Assembly: GCA_002633005.1 (NCBI GenBank)
Contig: NMRA01000776.1
Span: 54,817 to 118,816, forward strand
DNA length: 64,000 bases
Direction of reading: 5' to 3'
Origin: Phoronis australis
Taxonomy: Eukaryota > Animalia > Phoronida
This document shows, in pieces, positions 1 to 11,400 of this stretch (position 1 is its first letter; each line of letters begins with the position of its first letter). Made by a program: the position numbers and the translations under genes. Below the pieces are notes generated by a model that saw nothing but the letters and a program-made list of their open reading frames with translations, made no database searches and had not been told where the DNA came from.

Positions 1-275
1 AATTTCATGAAAATCCGTTCAGGACTTTTGAAGATACAAAGGTAAGCGTAAAAAACTAAAATTGCCACTAGGGGGCACACCGGTAGTCGGATCCGTCTGA
101 AAGTTCGCACATGCCGTCCCATTCATGAATGGAACATATGTGCCAAATTTCATGAACGTATGTCAAAGGGTTTTGGAGATAGAGCAGCAGACGCCGGACG
201 GACGCCGCCCGGACGGACGGACGGACAGAGATTACGGCATAATGCGTCCACATATAAATATGTGGGCGCATAAAA
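1..275 (+). mobile_element. 3' end of a Helentron/HINE-type non-autonomous repeat (core repeat, GGAC microsatellite, 3' hairpin)
   Basis: Core motifs aaattgccactaggggg and gtgccaaatttcatga; (ggac)n/(gacg)n tract at ~195-228; terminal hairpin ATGCGTCCACATAT-AA-ATATGTGGGCGCAT (242-271) followed by an A run. This is the known layout of Helentron-associated interspersed elements. Confidence 0.6.
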
Positions 276-1179
276 ATGTCTCTTTAATATCCGTTTCTTT
301 AGAATTTTATTGTCCAATTTCTGCGGTCAAAAACTGAACTAATCCACCAACGCCTATATTTTGCTTAGTGCTGCTTTTCAAAGGTTCAAACTGACCGAGT
401 CCCATCAATCCTGAGCTACGGTACCAAGGATTCAAATTGGATACGGTAGTATGGTGACCCTTGTACACGTCTGCTAGCAAGAATCTGCGAAAAAAGAGTT
501 TGTTTTAGAGGTACAACTAAGGTATCCCTTCAGGCCATTATGTGGAAAAGTGGTCAAATGAGCACAATTCTCAAAAAAAAGGGAAAAGGGTGAAATGGGG
601 CGCCTCGATTGTTCCTTCATGTTATGTCAAGAAAACTTTAGTGGGAATCTCGCGGTCCAACAAAATTCAGAATCGATGATGCTGTTCATTCATTAGCAAC
701 AGGTATGTCCTGTAATCTTGCGTTGAGCAAACATGGCAGTGACAACCAGGAATACTTGCAAACAGAAATTCGAGGAAATGCGGTGGGGGGGCACATTCAT
801 ATATCTTTGGAATGAAAACAATAAGAAGAATCAAACAATAATAACAACACCATGTGTGTAGGCCAATGTTGTCATATTATATGACTGTACGTGGATATCA
901 TGGTACACGTCCATCATGTACAAATCCATCACACTCACTCTGAACTGCTTGATGATTTTTCCATAAGTTATTATAAAAAGAGATCACATAAAAATAATAA
1001 ATTTTTTTACAATTCTCAAAAAATAAAGCAAAAAAGAATTTTCAAAAATTATACTTAGTACGTCCGTCACCCCTTAATTAAAAGACAATTTTGCCTGTCA
1101 AGCACCGTTGATGCATACATTAAACAAAAAATGGTGTGTAAATTATTTGCCTATAGTAGATTGAAACTATTCAATAGTA

Positions 1180-4129
1180 GCGAGGATAGCGTTCTTCAGC
1201 GAATCGCTTCGCGTATCTGTCACCGTGTTAAATTCGCTCACTACAATCGGCAAAAAAATAACTCAAATATGTAATAAATGTGAATAAAAATTATTGCAAA
1301 GTATGAAAGAATATATTGTTTTACTTATATCTGATAATCTTTTTTGTTGCAAAATTCGTTTAATAACACTTTGCACGAGTTTTTTGCAGGGACGTGACCG
1401 ATTTTTCAGACCAAATTGGCAGCCGGAAAAAATGACTGCTATTTGGTTTTCAACCCAGGAGAAGACTAAACTCGCGAATTTTTACGTGACACTTCGTGAA
1501 AGAACAAAAAGGAGCCTTGCGAACACGATTATGTAAGTAGTTTTCACTTTCCTGCACTTAAAAAGTTGAAAAAGTCACCTGTTCCCGCAACCTTCAACTT
1601 CGATCTGAATTTATTGGTATATAGCATAATTTGCGAATGTAATGAACTGTATTCCGCACTAAAGGGTTCATTAATGAACTATTTCAAACACTTGTTCTAA
1701 ACGAACATTTCGTCAATTTCTGACAATCGGGCGAATTTCTGACTCACTTCGTAGTTCCGAGTACTGCCGCTAGGGGTGGTCCTGTGAATCGCGTTGAATG
1801 TTTGGTTTACAATACTGAAGCACTTCAACTTTTCCTGATGAAAACTCAATGTAAAAGAGAACTAAACAGTCATTTCTCGTAGTGAGAACAATGATTCTTA
1901 TATTTAATTTTTTTTTCTATTTTGCTTCACATTTTTGTTGGTCAAGCCACTGATAGACTTGGGTTGGCTTGCTGCCAGAGAGGTTCACACCCATCTTGGT
2001 TCTTGCCTTGTTGGTCATGACATTTTATTCAGAATATGGCAAGATAGAAAATGAAAATGTTTTAATTTTAGAATAAACAAATATTACAAATGTACAGTTC
2101 TACTGCAGTCCCGTGTTTCCAAGACTTTGTGGTCCACTACTTTGAAACATATACATGCTTTCGATAAACTTTTTTTCTGACCACAGGCCAGTATATATAG
2201 TTTTTAACAGAACAATTGAGGTTTGCCAAGATTGTTCATAAATCTCACCCTGATCGTTATCCTCCAGGTAGGCTTTGTTGGAATTTGCTGTGGACCAAAC
2301 CAGTTGTTATTTTCTTCATTATTTTTGTTCTTATAATTTCACTCCTATTTATCAGTTTCTATCATCATCATGTCTCACATTTCTTTCTCAACAGACTCTG
2401 CTTCTAGCTCTTGGTCCAGATCCTTCTACTTTCCTGCTTCTACTGATTCTACTTGCATTTTATCAGTTATTCAGTTGGACATAACGATCTCTTGGACACA
2501 CGGTCAAAGCCTCCTTCATTTGGCTCTCCCCTCCACCTATCGGACGGTACTTTTCAGCTCCTGATGCTGTTGAAGAGTCCGCGAAGAAGTACCATATGCC
2601 AACACCACCTCTTAAGTCACGGACAGACAAATACTGACAAGACCTATCTAGCTATTTCTTTTTTCTTTTCACAACCTTGTAGTTTAATAGTATTATGTCA
2701 CCTTTTGTTAAATGTGCATAATTTCCAAGTAGAGTAACATTTTCGCATAACACTGTTCAAATAATTATGAATCATAGTATTCTTTCAGGTCCTCGGATAT
2801 CTGTCTTGGTTTAATATCCATTAATTTACGATGAAGATGAGGCTATCTACTCCTTTCGGCTGATTGATGACTTTGGTCAAAGGGACTTTGAAGTGCTGGA
2901 ATAACTCAGTGTTGTATATAGATACTCTAATGACTTATGACAGTCAGAAAGGGTTTGGTCCCCCCTTCCTTAAGGACGCCACAAGTCTGTGTAAGGAACT
3001 CCACTGAGCGTCTGTTTACTGGAAGGTACTCCACTGTCAATTGTCACTGAAAGGGTATTGCCCCTCCTTCCTTGAGGATGCCTTGAGAACTTTATTTATC
3101 TGTCCATCATAAATTCTTTTTTGTGCTCATAAAACTTGAGACAATTTTAGGATTATGAATATTGCAGTTGTTGGTTTTATAGCATGAACATTCATGACAG
3201 GGTCTTCATTTTATTACATTGTTGTGGAAAGTTTATGTAAAAGTTTTATTTATTATATGTCTTTCAGAAGCTTGTATTAAAATGTTCTATTTATAATACT
3301 TGTTATCAATACATTTTTGAAATGATGTTTGTTTATCTTTGATTTTTATTTAATGTAAATGATTTTGACAAAGTTAAGCCGGTTGCAAACAGCATGATTG
3401 TTAAAAACAATATCACAAATAATATCAATAATTTGCTNATTGTTGTGGAAAGTTTATGTAAAAGTTTTATTTATTATATGTCTTTCAGAAGCTTGTATTA
3501 AAATGTTCTATTTATAATACTTGTTATCAATACATTTTTTGAAATGATGTTTGTTTATCTTTGATTTTTATTTAATGTAAATTATTTTGACAAAGTTAAG
3601 CCGGTTGCAAACAGCATGATTGTTAAAAACAATATCACAAATAATATCAATAATTTGCTCAATCAATCATCAAGTTTCAACTTTCCTGATGAAAAATCTT
3701 TAAAATGATACCTTATTTGTTTTTTTCCTGGAGTAAGTGTTATTTTATGAAAATTCGAAATCGCAAAATTGTGCGTTTAAGTGACTTCTCATCGGCTGTG
3801 TTGACTATAAGGTCAATATCTTCGCACAGGAACGTCTAATAGAAATGGTTTTTTTGATAAATTATTCATCATAAAAAGTTCTTTAAAATGATGTATTACG
3901 TGTCTATTTACGTTTCTTAGTTTTGAAATAATAATATTTTGAACTCGCAGATTCGAATTGACAGAATTTTTACCAAAAAGTTTGACACGAAAATGACATT
4001 TTCTCCGGAACCATAACATAAGTCCAATTTAAAAAATTTTACTATCGTTATTTTAGTCTCGAAAAGAGCTTTCTAATGATGTATATTACATGCACATTTT
4101 CTAAAATTTTTGAAAAATGCTGTTCTCCC
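1180..4129. mobile_element. Putative decayed TIR DNA transposon (~2.9 kb), TA flanks
   Basis: Imperfect inverted ends GCGAGGATAGCGTTCTTCA (1180-1198) and TGAAAAATGCTGTTCTCCC (4111-4129), 14/19 match, each flanked by TA. The interior has stop-riddled coding-like sequence on the minus strand. Confidence 0.3.
3218..3659. repeat. ~220-bp tandem duplication across n3438 (probable haplotype/contig overlap)
   Basis: 3218-3437 and 3439-3659 are near-identical and separated by a single n. Confidence 0.85.
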
Positions 4130-7100
4130 TATCAATAGTCTATTGATTTAGGGCTACGTGCGTTCGCAATCTGAATTAAGAGACTGGCGGCAAAACGCCG
4201 AGCCATTTATTTTCGATTACTACAAGATTGTTTTGATTCTACGTGCTACGAAACACAATGCAAACTAAGAGTTCACTTGTTTGGTGGTTACAAAGTGAAC
4301 TGTTCCCTGACGACTGAGCACATAGGCCATCACTGCAACTGGAGTGAAAACTGTGGTGCTACGAATACGTGATGTTTATGTGTTACGAATGGGGCCACTG
4401 GCTCTCAACAACAGTTTGATTGAACTTAGAAAAACAAGACCAAAAACGTTCCAATTACCTTCTTTTGCAGCGCATTCGCTGCATTCTATCGTGGCTTCAA
4501 TGTTCTCGCACTGCTCGCACAACATTTTGGGGAACTTCTGGTTTTCCACCAACACGTGTGATAGTTAAATTGTTGTTTTCTTCAGACACTGAGCGGCGCT
4601 GAATAAGTTGTATTTCCCGGCATTCCCAAAGTCCCGTATGTCTGTAAACTGAGTAGCCGACTTGTGCAAAATCACTGAGAGCTAATTTACTATAATCCAA
4701 AACGACTGTGGGTTACATTCAGTGCACAGGGAGCCAGTACTTGAATGTCTCGTCTACTGTTGTCAAAAAATGACTGAGAAAAATAATATTTTACATTTTT
4801 TCGATTTGTCAATGAAGATCGAGTCATCGAACGCGCTCTCGCTGGTTCCCTGCGTGCCGCTAGATGGGGCGGTAGCCGTGGGCTAAGCACGCAATCTAGC
4901 GGCACGCAGGGAACCAGCGAGCGAACGCGCTGAGACTAAACTTCCCGACCCGCCCGCCAAAGACAATCTCACAATGTCTAGTACCAGTGTAATTCACTTT
5001 CTCCTGTAATGAAATTCCCAGAAAAAACCCCCGCAAAATTCACGATTTTTGAAAAGCGCGACTTGAGTAGGGAATCACAAGTCTCCATCCCCGGACGTTA
5101 TGAGTCACGCGGCAAAAAGTGCGCTGTCATGCGACGTTCACCGACCGTGACAGCTTGAACTCTCGATTCGGATGTTTAGTGGTGACGGCCCACTGACGCA
5201 GCGTCACCTATACTGAAACGTGGTAGCATTGCAAAAGCGTAAGTGATGACGTGTTATGGTATAGTTGACGCAAGTGGACCCGGAAATAAGAATAGACATG
5301 CCATCACGACTCTGTCCAAAAAGACGTCATAATGACGTCATGCTAAGTATTCCTGGTGTTTTGCTTCAGTTACATCAAAAGTCAAAGGTCACACCTTACA
5401 TATAAGGGAAATGTACTACGTCCATCTTTTGCTTTACCAAATGAGGAGACGTGCTTTAAGTTATGGTCAGTGAGAGACTTCACACTGTGGATAGCCGTTG
5501 AGATTTGAAACTAAAAAGAAACTGCTTTAATGTCAACAGACATTCAAACTCTTTACGAGCGAGCCCTAAAAATAACATGTGAGCAGGTTGAATTTTGTTT
5601 CAGTCTGGCTGACATAACTGACTGTGCAATTTTAACCTGCCCACATGTTATTTTAGAGTTTAAAAACTCTGTAGACTAAATGTTGTCGAAACTTACAGGG
5701 GAGGTACATCATGAGGCGGCGGGAGCGAGCACGCTTTGAATCTCACTATATTCACGAACAACTGAAGCTGCTTTGGTTATAAAGCTTACTCCTATTCCAG
5801 GCTGAAACTTTCGCTTTTTAAATGTTAATGAAACATGTTTTTAATTTTGCTGACAAATGTACATGTAGCTAAAGTTCTACTTANAAAATTTTTGAAAAAT
5901 GCTGTTCTCCCTATCAATAGTCTATTGATTTAGGGCTACGTGCGTTCGCAATCTGAATTAAAGAGACTGGCGGCAAAACGCCGAGCCATTTATTTTCGAT
6001 TACTACAAGATTGTTTTGATTCTAAGCGCTACGAAACACAATGCAAAATAAGAGTTCACTTGTTTGGTGGTTACGAAGTGAACTCATTCCCTGACGACTA
6101 AACACATAGGCCATCACTGCAACTGGAGTGAAAACTGTGGTGCTAACGAAAACGTGATGTGTTACGAATGGGGCCACTGGCTCTCAACAACAGTTTGATT
6201 GAACTTTGAAAAACAAGACCAAAAACGTTCCAATTACCTTCTTTTGCAGCGCATTCGCTGCATTCTATCGTGGCTTCAATGTTCTCGCACTGCTCGCACA
6301 ACATTTTGAGGAACTTCTGGTTTTCCACCAACACGTGTGATAGTTAAATTGATGTTTTCTTCAGACACTGAGCGGCGCTGAATAAGTTGTATTTCCCGGC
6401 ATTCCCAAAGTCCCGTATGTCTGTAAACTGCGGAGTAGCTGACTTGTGCAAAATCAGAGCTAATTTACTATAATCCAAAACGACTGTGGGTTACATTCAG
6501 TGCACAGGGAGCCAGTACTTGAACGTCTCGTCTACTGTTGTCAAAAAATGACAGAGAAAAATAGTATTTTACATTTTTTCGATTTTTCAGTGAAGATCGA
6601 GTCATCATGCCGAACGCCCTGAGACTAAACTTCCCGACCCGCCTGGCTAAAGACAAGTACAATCTCACAATGTCTAGTACAGTGTAATTCACTTTCTCCT
6701 TAATGAAATTCCCAGAAAAAAACCCGCAAAATTCACGATTTTTGAAAAGCGCGAGTAGGGAATCACAAGTCTCCATCCCCGTTATGATCACGCGGCAAAA
6801 AGTGCGCTCATGCGGCGTTCACAGCTTGAACTCTCGGTTCGGATGTTTAGTGGTGACGGCCCACTGACGCAGCGTCACCTATACTGAAACGTGGTAGCAT
6901 TGCAAAAGCGTAAGTGATGACGTGTTATGGTATAGCTGACGCAAGTGGACCCGGAAATAGAGACATGCCATCATGACTGTCCAAAAAGACGTCATAGGCC
7001 TAATGACGTAATGCTAAGTATTCCTGATGTTTTGCTTACATCAAAAGTCAAAGGTCACACCTTACATATAAGGGAAATGTACTTCGTCCATCTTTTGCTT

Positions 7101-7539
7101 TACCAAATGAGGAGACGTGCTTTAATTGTGGGAGACTTCACACTGTGGATAGCAGTTAGTTTTTTTTCAAGTTGAGATTTGAAACTAAAAAGAAACTCAG
7201 TGCTTTGACTGGATGTCAACAGACATTCAAACTCTTTACGAGCGAGCCCTAAAAATAACATGTGAGCAGGTTGAATTTTGTTTCAGTCTAGCAGACATAA
7301 CTGACTGTGCAATTAAACTCTGTAGACTAAAAGTTGTCGAAACTTAGGGGAGGTACATCATCAGGCGGCGGGAGCGAGCACGCTTGAATCTCATAGTATT
7401 CATGAACAACTGAAGCTGCTTTGGTTATAAAGCTTACTCCTATTCCAGGCTGAAACTTTCGCTTTTTAAATGTTAATGAAACATGTTTTTAATTTTGATC
7501 ACAAATGTACACCTGTACATGTAGCTAAAGTTCTACTTA
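4103..7539. repeat. ~1.7-kb diverged tandem duplication across n5884 (probable uncollapsed haplotypes)
   Basis: 4103-5883 and 5885-7539 align end to end with many SNPs and small indels, and meet exactly at the n. Confidence 0.85.
4838..4921. mobile_element. 84-bp palindromic MITE with perfect 28-bp TIRs and a 10-bp TSD
   Basis: CTCGCTGGTTCCCTGCGTGCCGCTAGAT (4838-4865) and its exact reverse complement (4894-4921). Direct repeat CGAACGCGCT at 4828-4837 and 4922-4931. Empty site cgaacgccct at 6611-6620 in the duplicate copy. Confidence 0.85.
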
Positions 7540-8498
7540 TATGGCCGAAAGGAAGTACTGGTTATAGGCATAATGGAGGGGGGGGGACCAATTTACGGCT
7601 GGCAAATCGACGTGATGACGTCGTTTTGATGTTATAGGGGGGCTAACTGAAGATTTTCAATATGACCATACATTTTGATTGCGTCCATTTTCATCAGACT
7701 AAACGTGTCCCACGTTATCCCATACTCAGGTTAGATGTGATCTCAGGGTTTGCAAAGAACACGATGGGGATATTAATATAATTTTATTTAAATTATCAAT
7801 AACATTCAACAATTAAATGATTACTTAAATGGTTTATGTATAAATTCTCAAGACAGTGGTTACAGCGTATATAGCTTAAATGCAATTTAATAAAATTATC
7901 ATTGTATTAGTACACCATTTTGATAAGGCAAATGACATGATATTCTATCAGTGCCATTAGGGCAATAAAAGACTACTATTCTAGCCTTGCTGCTAACTCA
8001 TACACTGCCAAACAGGGAAGTGGCTTCAGTGGAGTGACTTGTATCCAGGACAGAGCTAACGTCACGTGATAATCAAATGCATTACACCTAACAATGGTAA
8101 ATATTTTTTTTTTGTTCCCGGACTTACTGTACTTTTTAGTATGCCTGGGCATGGATGACATGCTATAAGAACTGTGCAGCACAGTGTTTCAATGTAAACT
8201 GAAACCGATGGGTATAGGAGAGGGGGGGGTGGAGGATGGGAGGGGTCAGCAATACTACAGTCGGCATAGAAAATTCTACCTTTAAGTTATAAAGTGCATA
8301 TAATGGCAAGGGAACTTTCAAACCATAAACACGGCAAGAGACGAATCAGTTTTGGTATCAATGCAAGTCAATTGACAGATTTTTGACATAATTTTATGAC
8401 AACAAGAAACATCTCTTTCGACATAGAACAATGAGATATCAAACTTGCAGTACTTTCATATTTCAGTAGTAAAAGAACAAATATTGCGCAGATATCAT

Positions 8499-11400
8499 CT
8501 AAAGTTTTGCTTGCTGTTGAAATAGAACAGACAACTTCTGACTCAGCATGATGTTTCCTTTTACCTTCAGCTTGCCCTTCATAAAGGCCTACAAAGAAAC
8601 ATAGAGCAAACAGTAAGCACACAACAGACACACATGTTGTCAGCACAGCCTCAAGAACAGGTGAGGGACATGACGGATAACCACTAGCTGTGAAGTTCAT
8701 TACATTCCATCACTCATCCCCAAGTGATTGTTAGCCTACCAAGGATTTCCTTATCAGATTTTTCACTGGAAACACAAACTAAAACTAGTCTGAGCGAACG
8801 GGTTCATTCATGCACTGATTGCATTTTGTTGGCTAAACTGAGAAACATAATAACAACTTCCAGCTCACTTGTTGAAAATAAGGATTTATGTGGCTTGATG
8901 TGTTTCAAATTTACACCTTTCTTAATTTGATTATGAGTTGGTAGGAATAATTAACTTTTATTAATAAATTCATACCAGCACGTTGTCTCACAATTACAAC
9001 TTAGTGTCTAATGAAATGCTAAAAGCTTTATTTGAATGTACAAGGCAAATAATCAGTGCATTATTTTAAGATATTTTGTGTCAGTGTTATAATATTTTGC
9101 TACACTATTTGGTAGTAAGAAGTAGTCAATTGTTGTATTTGTTTTAATTTTAGTCAATCGTTTGAAGATTCACGTCAGTTGTGCTCCTGTGAGCAGGAAC
9201 ACATCTTGGCAGATACAGATTCTGAACTGAAGCAAACGACAAAAACAGAGTAAAAAATAATAAAAATGGCCAACTACTTGGTGCAGAATACATCAAATTC
9301 ATCACAAAAAGTATAGCTGCTGATGTCTTCATAGTAAAAATTTGCCAATTTTGTGTATGTGAAAAGCAACAAGGAACTCTGAAGTTGAGGCAAGCATAAA
9401 AAAATAAAATTGCCACAAGGAAGCACAACTGTAGTTGGATTGTTCTGTAACTGGCCGTCAACTGTTGCCATCTCCATAGGAACACATCTGCTAAATTTCA
9501 CACTCTTGCAAAATGTAAAGGAGAAACAACCGAGGACACAAAAAAATAAAATTGCCACGGGGGGAAGGGCAGAGTAGTTGTCATCACATCTGAAAATAAA
9601 CGTCATCCTCGGTCATCTGATCAAGAATACATCTCCAGAGTTTAATAAAGATCCTTCAACCAGTTTGGTGGATGGAGAGGATGATGTCAAAAACACACAG
9701 TAAATTTTTTAAATGGCCACCGAGTGGCGCAGAATATGTCAGATCTGCCCGAAAGTGAGAAGGCGCCATCTTCTTCTTAAAAGAAAGCTGTTTGCAAATC
9801 ATGATACTATGAAGTCACTGTAATTTGAATTTTAAAATTCAATTACTAAGTATCTCAACGCATGCCTACCTGCTGTGGATTGAGCTTGCCAGTAACCATT
9901 GCGATCAAATCCTCATCTGAGAGAGTGAGTTGACACCCTGCCTTTCCTTGTTTAGGGTCTCCCCGGTAGATGGCACCACTGCTGTTTTTCAAGTCCACAG
10001 CTAGGCATAAAGATGAGCATTACAAACAGACCATTAGTTACAGAATACTCATGTGTCTCAATGATACCAGCTTTGAGTTTGTACTAAGAAAACAATTGTT
10101 AAGGATGTCTCTTACAGGTCAAAACAAATACGACAACATACCTATAAATTCATTGCAAATGATGCCTTCGATAATGTTTGTCACAAATAATGTTTTCAAC
10201 ATAATAAGTGAACAACAAGACATTAGGAAGTTGTGAACTGCAACAGAGGGTTAGAGTGACATTTTTTCTGCACGTACCTTCGCAGCGTATTAATAAGGCA
10301 ACAAGAATCAGCATACTGCTTGTGCGTAGTGCGTACCTGGTGGCTAAGGTGAAGGCAAGACTAACTTTTGGAGTATATGAAAGTGGTTGTCCCTCAATAC
10401 TTCATCAAAGAAAATATTTTCTGACTGCTTAAAATCTGCTGTATAAACCGCTGGGTGAAACAATGAGGTACTTACTCCACCTAGCAGCCTCCTCCCCATC
10501 TTTAGTGACAATCCATAAATAGACGGCGCCAACTTTTTTGACAAGGTCTGTGGACAACTTCTCTTCCATTCCCTTGAAGACGGCGTCGCTGGCCAACGGA
10601 GCTGCTCCCTGATGGCAATGAAGGGAAACTGAAGTTACTTGACATTTACACAGAACATTTTTATCGCACATTATAGAGGTGAAGGTCACATATAAATCTG
10701 GAAGCTTTAGAACCCTGAAGACAGAGTTCTGCCTTAAATTAAATCATTTTAAGTCTTGGATTTAGTGACTACTGATCAAACTCAGCATTTATAATCTAAG
10801 CTTATGATAGCAATGAGTGACACAAGGAAGACAATCGATTAGCCACAGATTCCTTCTCCATTCAGCTTAGGATAACTCTGTCTAACACAGCAGTGTTAAG
10901 CATCAAACATGCATTTGACAACAGTTGGTATATTTCCCACCTCTGAGACCTGCGTTTATTCAAAATGAACTGCCTGTAAATATAAAGGTCGAACCACTTT
11001 GAGGGGCAGTGACGTACTGAAAAAAGTGGAGGGCCATAGCCCCCCCCCCAGCCTCCTATGGTGTTCCGCCCATGATACAGTAACCAACAACCACCAGCGG
11101 GGGCAGTGCTCCAACATTTCCAAAGTACAAATCACTCTACGAGGTAAAAAACACAAGTCATATAGCTGGTAACGTTTACTAATAAAATGAGTTTAAGTGT
11201 TAATATTAAAAACATTCTACAAATTTGCTAAATGGAACATCGCATGTCAACAAATTTTTGGTACACTAAACTTTTAACCTAATACTCATACCAAATAAAG
11301 CCACATCACATTTAACAAAATTTAGGTCATTATAATGTTAGCTTGTACATTAAAACCCCTAAACAACAGCATTTACCCGACCCAGACTTACACTAAAATT

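Noticed and set aside
8490-8501. Stop-codon readthrough extension of HSD17B4
   Set aside because: The stop is TAG followed by ATG, not a TGA-CTA readthrough context, and PTS1 AKL is already at the C-terminus.
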